Source: Octopus sinensis (lineage: Eukaryota). From it: DNA of 64,000 bases. The translations under genes were made by a program, and so were the position numbers. Every line of letters begins with the position of its first letter. Position 1 is the stretch's first letter. Under the pieces are notes generated by a model. It had not been told where the DNA came from. It worked only from the letters and a program-made list of their open reading frames with translations, and searched no databases. Positions 50,241 to 64,000 of this stretch are shown in pieces. Where the stretch lies: NCBI RefSeq assembly GCF_006345805.1, contig NC_043009.1, forward strand, positions 47,802,001 to 47,866,000. The letters are read 5' to 3'.

Positions 50241-52056
50241 AATATTTGGTAATATATCACCCAGAGTTTTGCATGATCCCACATGAACTTATATACTGTG
50301 AAAGGAGGCAGAGTTTTTAGAGTGCTATAAGGAATGTCTCATAATATTTATTCTGATGTTCTGTATTCTGAGTTCAAACCCAGTCAACTTAGCCTTTCAA
50401 AAAAAAAAAAAAAAAATACCATCCCAGGTCAGTTGCTGGCAGAACTGTTAGAGGGTTGGGCAATATGATTTGCAGTATTTCCTTCAACTCTCTAAGTTCT
50501 CTCAGTAATGTCTGCAATGTCACTGACGGCAAGTTGTACTGGCCTTGACCTAAGTCAGCAGCCTTTACCTTTGAATAAACAACAGTGGCATGGGGAGAAG
50601 AGACTTGCATGCATAGGCAACTGTCAGTCTTCCTCAAAAAGAAAAAAAAAAAGTTGAACCAGTTGAATCAAGCCTGTATATACATGTGCAAATGCAAAGT
50701 CAATGACCAACAGAGGCCCCTTATGAATGTATTATGCATCTCATACATACAATGTGTTTCTACACAGTTTCTATGTGACAAATGATGAAAGGACACTCCA
50801 GACAGAATGAATGGAAAATAAGTAAAATAGGCATGAAAAATTTGCATATTTTAGTTATGGAGATAGTGATGATGGTGTCTCTTAATTAACCTCAGTGGTT
50901 TTGTGTTCCTAAATATGCTAATTTTCCATTAGTATTTCTAATTAGACTTTTGATGTTTGGCATTTATATGTTCAGCTCTACATAATAGCTGATTTTCATG
51001 AGTAAGGCACCTCTGATTAATTAACCTTAGTGTTTTATTTTCCTAAATATGCTCATTTTCCATGTTTTCTTAAATTACACAACTGTAATTCTAATTATTG
51101 GTTCACTTATCACTGCTTCTATATGTACAGTGAAGTCTGTGTTTTTTACTGGGGAGGTTCAATAATACTTAAATATGTCTGGAATTGTCTCCCATACTTT
51201 CCAAAATATTGGTTTCAGATTTCGGCACAAGGCCAAGAATTTTGATGGGAAGGTGTTAGTCAATGTCATTGACTTCAATACTTGACTGGTACTTTATTTC
51301 ATCAACTCTGAAAGGATGAAATGCAAAGATGACCTCAGTGAGATTTGAACTTGGAATATAGCAAGTTGGAAGAAAAATCACAAAGCATTTTGTTCAATGC
51401 TCTAATGATTCTGCCAGTTCACCACCCTAATAACACCGTTCGTGACATTAGTATTTCTAATTTCTCTTACCTCCCCAACTTATGCATCATTGCTCACCTG
51501 TCACCGCTTGGACACAATTCACTACATCCACCTATCAACTTAACAGTTATTGCCTACCCCCGTTTCCTCCACCCATTTCTCCATCTTTTGCCTTGTCCCC
51601 TATACTCATGCAGATCCCCTCCCACACACCCACAATCCAAGTTCATCTGTCTTCACTAACTTCTGCTCACCTCGTTCCTTGAGAAGCCATTCAGACACCT
51701 CATCACCACTATACAATTTCTAGCCAGCTCCACCAGATCATTCTCGTCCTCTCTTTTAAATGAGAGTAGCCATGTAGCTCATCTACCTCAAGAAACCTGA
51801 TCTGCCGCTCTTCTCTCATACTTTAACCCCTAATTTCCTAGCATTAAGACACACACCTCCTCATGGTTTGTAGCCTTGCAAGCTGTATGGCAACCTGACT
51901 AGTGCTAATAACACAAAAAAGCACCCAGTACATGCAGTAAAATGGTTGATGTTAGGAAGGGCACTCAGTCATAGAATCCATGCCAAAGTAGGTGATGTTG
52001 ATAATGATGATGATCAACATATATCATTCTCAGTCATTTGAGGCAATTTGTTTCAC

Positions 52057-52124
52057 CTGCTCTGGGATATTTGGTGTTCTTTAAATACTTGGTGTTTTGT
52101 AGAGCACTTTCCCCAGATGCTGTC
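52057..52124 (-). CDS. weak candidate exon (68 nt)
   Basis: CCCTTTACTACAG| acceptor, CAG|GTGAAA donor; two open frames. Confidence 0.2.
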
Positions 52125-53774
52125 CTGTAGTAAAGGGCAATATAAACAGAATACATACACTATGTATGTACAACAAATATATATATATAGATATACATAA
52201 ATATACACACACCACACACACACATGATTGGATGCATTCAGCATACACAATTATTCATTCAGGTTTTGGCCATTCTTCTTTGCTGCTCCACAGCCCAAAA
52301 TATCTTAAGTGGCAGCATGTCCTTGTCAAGGGAACAGATCTGATGGTAAAAAAAAAAACAGACACAAAAAAGCAGAGATCAAATGTCAAAGACACAAAGA
52401 GCAGCTTGCACTTTCTTGTCTCCCACCAACTCTCCCCTATGATAAATGCCACACCCAGTTCTTCTATACAGCCCTTGGCATGAACAGCCACCTAAGTACT
52501 GGCACCCTTCAAACCCATCAAGATGAAGAGTTTCAATCAATGGCTACAGATCTACTACTCAGATACGAGTAAATGCCACTGCTGCTGAAAGATATATATA
52601 TATATATATATATAGGACAGATTTACAGAAAACAAAAGATGAAGACAGGTGTAAGAACAACAAGCAGGTGTATAAGTTTACCTCAACAAATTCCGTTTGA
52701 CCCATACAGGTATGAAAATGTGGACATTAAGTGACAATGATAATGATGATGATGATGATTTGGTGTGTATATGTATATATTGATCTTGATCATGTAAGTA
52801 GATGATAGACAATAGATTTGTCTAACATGACAGAAGACAAAGCATAGTAAGGTTTTTGAGCCTTGTAACATACACCCTAAGTATGAAAAGGGAGACATTT
52901 CACTGATATAGTGATAAGGGGTATCCACAACAAACATGATAGTGATAATGATGAAATCAACAAACTCCATCAACAATTATTTAGAATTAAGATAAATATT
53001 ACATTTCAAAAGAGGAAAAAAACACAAAGTTACAACCTCAATGGAAATATTGATAGAAATAGAAAGCATTAAAGAAGGTTTAGAAAATAGTGAAAAGCAA
53101 TTAAATAAAATCAATGAAAGTAACAACAAAGCTGAGCAATATGTGAATAGCGCTGAGTATGTGATTGCTGTTAGTGATTTTAAAGTCCCAAGTTAGTTTT
53201 GATCGATCAGAAGGTATTCTAGCTGTGACCATCCCATATGCTTTATTTGTTGGTTACAGTGAATCTAGGACAACATTAGACATTATTCGATGTCCTTTCT
53301 ATTCTTTAAAGTGGTAGGTACAGTTTGAAGATGGTCCAGTTCTCATTTCTAGCAGATCAAAGGAACATAAAGTGGCTCCTTCATTGGCTCATAGGCGGAT
53401 GTAATCGGTGATGTAGAGAAAAGAAAAAGAAGGAAAAAAGGCAATGAAATATTTGATGGTGTTCTAAGATTTCTAGCATATACTGGGAATAAATTAACCT
53501 CAAAAGAATGAAAGGTAAAGATGACCTCGGGGAAATTTGAACTCAGAAAGTAAAGAACCAGAAATTGTAGTTTAGGATAATGAAAACCACAATCCTATAG
53601 TAAGTAAATAAGGGACAAGAGGAAAATGGGGAGTTAATGAATTTAATAATATATTTTACTGCATAAAAGATTTATCTACAAGGATGGGAAATAAATTTAA
53701 TAGAGAAGTTAGGTGAGAGATAAAAAGAAAGACCATTTAATGAAAAAGGGGAAAAAAAGTCAATTAGAACTAGG

Positions 53775-54105
53775 GTTAAAGACCCCCCTTCCTTGGGTAA
53801 TGAATGGTCATTGCACCTAGAAAGTTACCCTCTGAGACATAAGTCTGGGCAATGTTGTTTTATGGTAAACTAGCAGTCCTCGAAGCATACCAACCTCTCC
53901 ACTCCATACCACTGATGTTGTCCAAGGGAAAGGCAAAGGCCGATACAGCTTGGCACCAGTGATGTCACAACTCATTTGTACAATGGGTAAACTGGAGTAA
54001 TGTGAAATAAAGTGTCTTGCTCAAGAATACAACACACAGCACGGTTCAGGAATCGAAATCACTACCTTGTGATTGTGAGCCCAACACTCCAACCACTGAG
54101 CTGTA
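53775..54105 (-). mobile_element. SINE D
   Basis: family D body. Confidence 0.85.
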
Positions 54106-54894
54106 CAGTCAATAAAAAATGTGACTATCATCATTATTTTTAATGTCCACACTTCCATGTTTGCACAAGTCAGATGAAATTCATTGAGGCAGATTTTTAT
54201 AGCTAGGTATTTTTCCTGCCAGCAGTCCTCATCTGTTTCCTAGCAAGGTATCTTACTTCATGCCTGGATATCTTTCCACTGACGACTGAAAATGAACACC
54301 ATGATTTGAAGACAAGGAAACACAAACATGAACCCACATGTATATATATGTGTGTGAGTGCGTTATTTACTTTTAATCTACATGTTTGTTACAACCACTC
54401 ACCAAGACACATCCAGCATCCTAGGGCGAGTGAAAGATAAGATATGTTACAGTATGACTGAAAGCTTGGGGAGGACAAATGGCAGGGGCAGTAGCAAAAT
54501 ATTTTCATGTAATACAACACAGGCATTTAAATTGATAGGGTTTTTCTAAGGATGTGGACAGTACTTGTCAGCACAATCTTTTGGATTTCTCAGAGACATG
54601 GTCCTCTTGGGATATTATCTAGATGTTTCTAATATCCCCTTCTTATCATACCAAGGGCACTCACAATAACAGGAACAGTTCTCAATTTAAGATGCCTCAC
54701 ATTTTGTATTTCTATTCCCAGGTCCTTATATTTACTTAATTTGTCAAATTCTTTTACAGATATATTTCTATCAGTGAGGACATTTACATCTATTAGTCTA
54801 CAAGTATTTTCTTCCCTGTCAATAATAATTATGTCTGGTCAATTAGCCTGGATAGTTCTGTTGTTGTCGTCGTCATCATCATCATTATTATTAC

Positions 54895-55085
54895 AGAAGG
54901 CGGTGAGCTGGCAGAATCGTTAGTATGCAGGGCAAATTGCTTAGCACCATTTCATCTGTCTTTATGTTCTGAGTTCAAATTTCATGGAGGTCGACTTTGC
55001 CTTTCATCCTTTTGGGATCCATGTAACTGACTTAGCCCCTTCCCCAAGACTGCTGGCCTTGTGCCAGAATTTGAAAGTTTTAGAA

Positions 55086-55122
<37 letters not shown>

Positions 55123-55659
55123 TACTACTATTATTATCAATGGTCTACTGGCTAGGGTGTTGCACTCATGACTGCTAGATCATGGTTTCAGTTCCTTCAA
55201 CTGGGTAGTGTATCATGTTCTTGAGCTAAACACTTCATCTCATGTTGCTTTGCGATCACTTCAAGACATGATGTGTGATACACCAAGCACCTGTTCAGGC
55301 AACACCAATTTGATGGACAGAGTGAGCTAATGTACAACATTGATCACAAATCATTTGTGCAGGTCATTCAACAAAAGCTGAACACCCTTATGTATTTTTT
55401 GATGGGACTGCCAGTTATTATTATCATTATTATTATTATTTAAGGTGGTGAGCTGGCAGAATCATTAACACACCGAGCAAAATGCTTAGTGGTATATTAC
55501 CTGTTACAAAGTTCTCAGTTCAAATTCTGCCAAGGTCAGCTTTGTCTTTCATCCTCTTGGGGTTGATAAAATAAGTACCTGTTGAACATGGGGGCCGATG
55601 TAATTGACTAGATGCCTCCCTCAAAATTTCTGACCTTGTGCCTTTAGAGGAAAGGATTA

Positions 55660-55660
<1 letters not shown>
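54895..55660 (+). mobile_element. two SINE B copies (54895-55085, 55440-55660) around a D-like SINE
   Basis: GGCGGTGAGCTGGCAG heads, B cores, (ATT)n tails. Confidence 0.8.
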
Positions 55661-55714
<54 letters not shown>

Positions 55715-55730
55715 TGTTATTATTATTATC

Positions 55731-55860
55731 ATTATTATTTGAAACAGTTTGATTCAGCTCTCGAATTTGGTTAAGTGAGCCTGAAAGCGCCAGGTTTCTA
55801 TAAGAACCCTAGGAAACTTTAAGCTGCATGGAGCTGAATGAAACTGTTTTAAATAATGAT
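55731..55860. other. 30-bp inverted repeat enclosing two small hairpins
   Basis: 55742-55760 vs 55831-55849 match 18/19 and extend outward; inner CCTG/CAGG and TTTC(C)TA/TAGGAAA stems. Confidence 0.85.
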
Positions 55861-56859
55861 ACATGTGACTCCTGACGACAATGAAACTCACCCCCACATT
55901 TTTTTTTATTTTACTAGAAATGCAAGTAGAAACATAATGTAGATCTAGGTAGGTACAACGAAAATATGAAGGTCATGGCAGGCATACCTTTTTGGTCAGG
56001 GATGATCAAGGCAATAAACATCAACATCATTGGTACCTATTATATTGGCCCTTACGGAATGGCAGACAAAGACTTAATAACCACAGAGGTTTTTTGAAAA
56101 TAATTATTTCTAGACAATCCTATTATACTAAAGAAAATGTATATACAGCTTCATTTGTTATTTGTTAATTTGTATGTTTATTTCATAATTTATTGTTAAA
56201 GGTGCTGTAGCGATATTGCTTGGATGCTGAACTGATAACTGAGAATCCTCTTAGACTGAAACACTATTTATCTCCCTATTATTTAAACAGCAGTCACATA
56301 TATCTTACAGATGAGTAGTTAGAAAGAGAGTATCTTTCTATAAAGATATCCACTTCAGCAGTTTATGATAAAGTTTGAAAATGAAAAATAAAAAAAATTA
56401 ATAACCAACACATGATAGCAGAGGAAAAAAAATATGAAATAATGTAAAAACATGAAAGAAAGAAGAAAGAAAAAAGCCAACATAAAAGAACTCAAAAACA
56501 TAGACTTGAATTTATTTAGCTGTTATAATGAGAATGTTTGTTAGTTAAATGTCATCCTGAAAAATCTTTGAATCAAACACAACCAGAGCAATGCTGTGTT
56601 GATGCTATCTTTCACAACGTATATGGCTCGGAGATTCATAATCACTGGTTTAATGAGAAGAATGGAAAAGAAGTGGTAGCAGGCGTGTTAGCATAACTTG
56701 CAAACACATGTCTGTAAGTGACCCTTTAAGAAAGAATTGCAGCTTCTGCCTGACATTTCAGGAGGACATGTGAAATGACGGTTTCTGACCTATTGCTCTG
56801 CCATCTTATGCAGCAGTGCAGCAGAAAGATAAAAGGGAAATACATAATACATACACACA

Positions 56860-56959
56860 CAACACACATATATGTGTATGTATATGTGTATATACATACA
56901 CAAATACATTATTATACATATACAAATACACACACAAACACATATATATACACAAATAC

Positions 56960-57001
<42 letters not shown>

Positions 57002-57649
57002 AACACATATATATATATATATACAAACGCATATATATATATAAATACATATATATATATATATGAATACATACATATATAAATACATATATATATATAT
57101 ATAATACATATATATATTATATACAAATACATATATATATACATAAATATATATACAAATACATATACATATATCTATATATATATATATATATATACAA
57201 ACACATATATATATATATTATATACAAATACATATATATATATAAATACACATATATATATATATTATATATACATACATATATAAATACATATATATAT
57301 ATATATAAATACATATATATATTATATACAAATACATATATATATACATAAATATATATACAAATACATATACATATATATATATCTATATATATATACA
57401 TATATATATACAAACACATATATATATAAATACATATATATATAAATACATATATATATAATACATATATATATATATTATATACAAATACATATATATA
57501 TTATATACAAATACATATATATATATATATATATAATACATATATATATATATACAAATACATATATACATATAAATACATATATATATATATATACATA
57601 CATATATATACAAATGCATATATATATAAATACACATATATATATATAC

Positions 57650-57682
<33 letters not shown>

Positions 57683-57710
57683 TGTATGTATGTATGTATG
57701 TATGTATGTG
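56860..57710. repeat. ~850-bp TA-rich satellite with CAAATAC-punctuated higher-order units, ending in (TATG)n
   Basis: direct reading; 57112-57175 is similar to 57318-57375. Confidence 0.95.
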
Positions 57711-58394
57711 TGTGAGTCTATAAGCTAAAAGAAAAGAAGGGGAAACTGCTTGCAAGAGAATTAGTCTGTGTTGCTAATGGTATTTTATATCAGTGTGAAC
57801 TTTAAAAATCAATGACTCAGGGAACTTAACAAGTAAAACAAATGATACGTCTATGTAGCATAAATAATTTTATTGGTTGTTGCTTAGCCATAGGTCAACC
57901 CTAATCCAGTAGACATATGATTAAAAGTATTCTAGTCATGGCCATCCCATCTATTTAAGGATATGTGTCTAGGATTACATCATGTAATTCTGTTCTTTTA
58001 TCTAAGATGGTAGGGTGTGATTTGAGGAAGTTTTTAGTCTGCCATTTCTAGCAAGTCAATGAATCATAGATGTTCCCTTATTGACCCAATATATATTATT
58101 GTCGTTGTTTTAATGTTCATTTTTTTTCTTTTTTACCAATCTTCCATGGAAATATATCAACCCATGGGGAAATATCACTTTGCTAGGAAACAAGTGTTGG
58201 TAACAGGAAGGGCACCCATCCTGAGAAAATCTGTCTCAGTAGAACCCTTATAACCTATGCAAGCACGAAGGAGTGGATGCTAAAATGATGGTGGTGAGAA
58301 TGATGATGGTAATGATGATGATAATGATGATGATGATACACATAGATACACAATCTAAGATATAAATCACGTTTCTTTATTTTGGCCATTTTAG

Positions 58395-58444
58395 GTTCTC
58401 TTACAATTCCTAACAGGCAATTACTTCATTATCTAGAAGCAAAG
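58395..58444 (+). CDS. candidate internal exon (50 nt; SLTIPNRQLLHYLEAK)
   Basis: TTTTAG| acceptor after a pyrimidine tract, AAG|GTATGT donor; single open frame. Confidence 0.3.
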
Positions 58445-58957
58445 GTATGTTCTCCTCTCTAGCACTAATACAAGTTTTGTCTGACGAGTTTTCTGAGGCC
58501 TTTCATATATAATAATATTACATCCGCAACAATAGTGACCAACAGTCATTTAACATATATGAGTTTCGCCACCTTACTTTGCCCATACTAACTTGTTAAC
58601 ATCCAAGCTATAACAATCCTATTTTAATCTTCCCTGTAAGATCAATTGATATTTATGTCCTATTTATTGACAACACATAACTCAGTGAAAGAATCAAATT
58701 CACATTATAATGAAATTCTGTCAGGCCAAAATTACAACTATAATCTCTAATATAATATTGGAATCTTGTAATGGGAACTAATGCACTATTGTCTACCTAT
58801 AGATTACTTGCATCTCACCTAATGTTTCTTAGACAATTTGCAATTCTAATGTAATAGGTGATTTACTGATGACTCTTTCCGAGTTTCACCAAATTTTTCC
58901 TGAATAATATTCCCAGCATTATGATTTGCACATCAAAGGAAACTCCAGAGTAACAGG

Positions 58958-59234
58958 TGACTTAGTTAAGCCTTTCACTCCCTAAGAAGCACAGACCACT
59001 GACAGCTTTTCTCCACTGTTCCCTGAAGGAAAGCCATCCTGTCCCTTCTTGATTCTCACTTGTCATCGATGTTTTTGTTTTTTTTCTAGTTAGGGGAGTT
59101 GGCCCTACACAAACCCATTTTAACCTCCGAGAAGAAGCGGTCCATACTAGTCTGGCCTCTAATCTTTGAACTGTCCAGCATGGAAAGCCCTAGTAAGAGC
59201 TTACATTCTGCTGGTTCTTGGACATTTCTCAAGG
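58958..59234 (-). mobile_element. bipartite RTE derivative, copy 1 (degenerate)
   Basis: RTE-like 5' UTR piece joined to an RT C-terminal remnant (REQWRKAVSGLC). Confidence 0.6.
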
Positions 59235-59354
59235 TCATAGATTTAGAAGTTGACTAAAGTGTTTCTTCCCACCACTCTACTATTTCTGATTGGATTTTGA
59301 GCAGGGATGTGCCATCTAATGGCTTGAATGGTGCTATGAAACGATTCCTAGAAT

Positions 59355-59778
59355 TTTACTTACTTCTTTAAGCCCTTAACTCCCTATGGAGCTCAATGAC
59401 TTTTTTCCCAATGTTTTCAACTGTGGGCTGTCTTTTCTGCTTCTCTCCAGTTAGATCCCTATTTTTCAGCTCTCTTGAAATCCCTTCTCCAGCTGTTTTG
59501 GGGTATCCTCTCTTCCACTTCCCTTGTGGGCTCCAGGACATGTCCTTCAGGGACCTTGTTGATTCTGAATTACCATTGATGCTTCTGTAACATCACTTTT
59601 ATTTAGGAAGGGTGTTAAACCTATGTAAACCCATTTTTACCTCTGGAAAGAGATGGTCCATATCAGTCTCACCTCAATACTTTGACCTGTCCAATATGGG
59701 GGTCCTACTAGGATCTTGCTCTCTGCTTGTATAGTTTTAGGAACACTGAAGCACAGAAGCCACCGCTCTGCAACAAGG
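59355..59778 (-). mobile_element. bipartite RTE derivative, copy 2
   Basis: CCTTGTTGC.. 5' UTR, then WSPQGKWKRGYP..SWRRD remnant and AAGTAAGTAA tail. Confidence 0.7.
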
Positions 59779-60057
59779 ACTGGAACAGGTAGAACAGACT
59801 CCTAGATCAGCGAAGATATATTCCTTACATCTCTGACCAATATTAAATAGCTGTGTTAACCTTTTAGCATCTAAGCTGGCCATGTCTGGCCAAAATATTG
59901 TACCTGTTTTATGTTCAAAATGGCCAGATATGGTCTCTTACACCAACTGTACCAAATCATTCTAAAAATTAAAAGTTACCTCGTCAAAATCTCAAAGCTA
60001 CAAACTAATGCATGGTTAATATAAATCAATCAGAATAAATAAGTATTACTTTTGATA

Positions 60058-60750
<693 letters not shown>

Positions 60751-61009
60751 TAATAATAATAATAATAATAATAATAATAGTCTTCGTCGTCGTTTAACCT
60801 CCGCTTTCCATGCTAGCATGGGTTGGAAGATTTGACTGAGGACTGGCGTGCTAGATAAGTTGAAAGCTAAAAAAACTTAAGAAGAACATACATATATGTG
60901 TCTATAACATGCAAATAAATCAGTAATTACATCCATTTATTCTCCATTTTCTTCTACTTGTTCCCCTCCCTCCACTCTCTCCCTCACTATAAATATATAT
61001 ATATATATA

Positions 61010-61222
61010 CTCTTTTACTTGTTTCAGTCATTTGACTGTGGCCATGCTGGAGCACCGCCTTTAGTCAAGCAAATTGACCCTAGGACTTATATTCTTTGTA
61101 AGCATAGTACTTATTCTATTGGTCTCTATTGCCGAACCGCTAACTTACGGAGACGTAGACACATCAGCATCTGTTGTCAAGCGATGTTGGGGGGACAAAC
61201 ACAGACAAACAAACATATACAC

Positions 61223-61280
<58 letters not shown>

Positions 61281-61440
61281 CGAGGGGATTCTTTCAGTTT
61301 CCGTCTACCAAATCCACTCACAAGACTTTGGTCGGCCCGAGGCTATACTAGAAGATACTTGCCCAAGGTGCCACGCAGTGTGATTGAACCCGGAACCATG
61401 TGGTTCGTAAGCAAGGTACTTACCACACAGCCACTCCAAC
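61010..61440 (-). mobile_element. SINE A, full length
   Basis: family A body on the reverse strand. Confidence 0.9.
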
Positions 61441-62469
61441 ACCTATATATATATATATATATATATATGGTGAAATCAAACATTGAAAATAACAAATAAC
61501 AAAACAACAAAAGGGTACACACACACACAAGCATACTTTAATTTGGAAAATTATAAATATCAAATACATAAAAATTAGCCATAGTTAGAAATTTTCAGTA
61601 TATATGTGTGTATGTATGAGTGCATGTTATAGTCTCTTTGCTTTGACAAAATGAGATAGCTGTAATTGAGTGTAACTGTCATGCAAGAGGGGGTCCTTTA
61701 TTTCCGATATTCTGTGCAAACATGTCTGGTCACGAGGAACTATTAACTTACTTAGAAAAAGGAGAGAGTTGGTGACACAGAAAATCTGCCTGAACAAATT
61801 CCATCTGACCCGTAAAAACATGGAAAAGAGGACATTAAAACAGCAACAACGACAACGATAATGGTGGTGGTGGTGGTGATGGTGTTGGTGGTGATTGTGG
61901 TGATGGTGTTCCAACAATCTTAGCAATGCAAGCCACAACGTCTTCCCACCCAACCCCCACCCCGACACATACACACTACTCACTGCAATTATCAATGTAG
62001 GCCCAGTCATCATTATACTATCCTAATTAATTTTCTTAGTAATGAAACAGTCCCTCCACATCCCAGCCACCTCAGAAAAACAACCAAAAACTACCAGGCA
62101 AGCAGATTAAAGCGTATAATTTCTTTCATTAAAATGGATTGAACTGACAATGAAGGAGATAGAGATAGGTTGCAGGGTGAGCTATATAAAGTCAAGAGAC
62201 ATTATGGCTATATCAATGATTAGTATTTATAACTAATGAGTATAAATTTATTATAAGTGATTTTGGTAAGATTGCCAATTATGAATATGATATATAATAG
62301 ATTCAAGAAACGTGTCGTTAGCAGCAATTTTTTTTTATTCATTTGATATAATGGCCGTTAATCTATGATGATCTTATTATATTTCAGGATGGTCATTTTA
62401 TTTATTTATTTATTTTTTTTCTTTTTGGCCAAATAACCACATGTACTCTATATTCGTTCTTCACTTGAG

Positions 62470-62620
62470 ACTTATTATTATTCTTATTTCAATGTCCCTT
62501 GTCTGAAATTTTTCATCACACATCCATTGACCTTTTCGACGATTCTCCATCCTCTGCGTCTCTTCTGGTCCCATTTAGTGCATTCTGTCTTTCCGTGGTG
62601 TGTATTGTTATCTGCTGAAA
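62470..62620 (-). mobile_element. degraded RTE RT C-terminal remnant
   Basis: DN..TECTKWDQKRRRG / KRSMDV resembles the RTE motif DNRW..TEW.P..KR.RGR..RW.D; AAT-like tail. Confidence 0.5.
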
Positions 62621-63029
62621 ATGGACTAAACAAAACAGGAGGAAACATGTGGGATTAAGACTCACTGAAAAGGTCACAGCACATGTGGCAAGAGATTTCA
62701 GACATAGAACACCAAATTAAGAATTATTCTTAATTTGGTGTTCTATGTCGGAAATGAAGAACAAGTATGTAGCATGTGTGATTATTTGGCAAAAAAAAAA
62801 AGAAAAGAAAAGAAGCTTGGTTCCCAACCACACGGCTCAGGGTTCAGTCCCACTGTGTGGTACCTTGGGCACGAGCTTCAGAGACTGCAACACAACATGC
62901 AGATCGACTTACAAGAGATGCTGCAGCAACTGCTGCTGCGCACGCTACAGAGGCTACATGGGAAGGACAACAACAGATGTTGCTCTATGCGGCAAACAGG
63001 AAAACATCAGGTAACCATACCCTTGTCAT

Positions 63030-63500
63030 CCTCCTCCTCATCATCATCATCGTTTAATGTCCACTTTCCATGCTAGCATGGGTTAGATGATTTGACTGAG
63101 GACTGGCGAACCAGATGGCTGCACCAGGCTCCAATATGAACTGGTAGAGTTTCTACAGCTGGATGCCCTTCCTAACACCAACCACTCTGAGAGTGTAGTG
63201 GGTGATTTTACGTGCCACCGGCACGAGGGCCAGTCAGGTGGTACTGGCAATGGTCACGTTCAAATGGTGTTTTTTACATGCCACCTGCACAGGAGCCAGT
63301 CCAGGGGCACTGGCAACGACCTCACTTGAATGTTTTTTCACGTGCCAGTAAGGTGACGCAGGTAACGATCACACTCAAATGGTGCTTTTTATGTGCCAAT
63401 GGCACGGGAGCCAGTTTGTAGCTCTGGCAAAGATCATGCTCAGAAGGTGCTCTTAGCACTCCACTGGCATGGATGCCAGTCATCGAATTTGATTTATTTC
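63030..63500 (-). mobile_element. SINE C with 5-6 internal modules
   Basis: (CAT)n, family C body, repeated GGTG.TTTTTA.GTGCCA modules. Confidence 0.85.
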
Positions 63501-63949
63501 ATTAGCATAATCTTCACATTATGCTCTCTGTTAAGTGCCCCCAATTGTGAGGTAGGCAACTGATACTACACATTTCATCTTTTTTGCACAGCCCACAAGT
63601 AAAATTTTTTGTTCAGATAATGTTGTATGTGCAAATCAGCAAAACAGCAGGTGAATATACTTTTTCTCTTTATGTCATATCTTTAGGCTCAACCTTTCCA
63701 TCTGCTAAATAGCACATGTCAGCAGTTATGTGGTAATGAAAATAACTCAATTACTGCCAGTTTTTTACAGATTGACCTACTGTCCCAATGAAAACAATGA
63801 CAATGATGTGGGCGTATGACTCTGCATGTTCACTATTGCACTAAATAACTCAAACAACACAGGAAACATCTGCCATAATGATTTCTTTCATTCAGTTCAG
63901 AGATGCATCCATGAATGGTCTAATAACCAAACAGGCATACTTAACAAAC

Positions 63950-63980
63950 AGCCCTGGGCAACGCCAGGTATGCCTACTAG
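63950..63980 (+). mobile_element. Helitron-type 3' terminus
   Basis: hairpin CCTGG-GCAACG-CCAGG, then CTAG followed by T. Confidence 0.6.
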
Positions 63981-64000
63981 TATATATATATATATATATA

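Noticed and set aside
52996-53196. Coiled-coil-like frame MEILIEIESIKEGLENSEKQLNKINE..
   Set aside because: Purine-rich low-complexity DNA gives such peptides readily; acceptor weak
55872-55890. Hammerhead-like CTGACGA..GAAAC (also CTGATGA at 58866, 25347, 11664)
   Set aside because: Stem II and stems I/III cannot be formed, or the GAAA lies on the wrong strand
62516-62614. Apparent minus-strand terminal exon QITIHTTERQ..KRSMDV*
   Set aside because: The two frames together reproduce the RTE RT C-terminal motif, so it is a LINE relic

Overview
AT-rich animal genomic DNA. The repeat families look like Octopus (coleoid cephalopod); this is recognition from memory, not a database result. No complete gene is visible. 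The window is dominated by four short retroposon (SINE-like) families labelled here A-D, LINE fragments (RTE, CR1, CR1/L2-group, R4/Dong), DNA-transposon MITEs (piggyBac-, mariner-, pogo-, hAT-type), Helitron/Helentron pieces, and many (TA)/(CA)/(AAT)/(GAT) microsatellites. Nearly all ORFs in the supplied track are artefacts of these repeats. A few splice-site-bounded segments may be exons of large-intron genes: the best are 4593-4699 (-) and a signal-peptide-like first exon at 34698-34769 (+), but no product can be named. I found no demonstrable new biological system. The most promising leads are a fixed-length 556-bp element flanked by (AAT)n on both sides, several long hairpins outside the recognised repeats, bipartite non-autonomous RTE derivatives, a 33-bp templated insertion and a possible recursive splice site. 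SINE coordinates are approximate (about 10-20 bp) unless a target-site duplication (TSD) is given.
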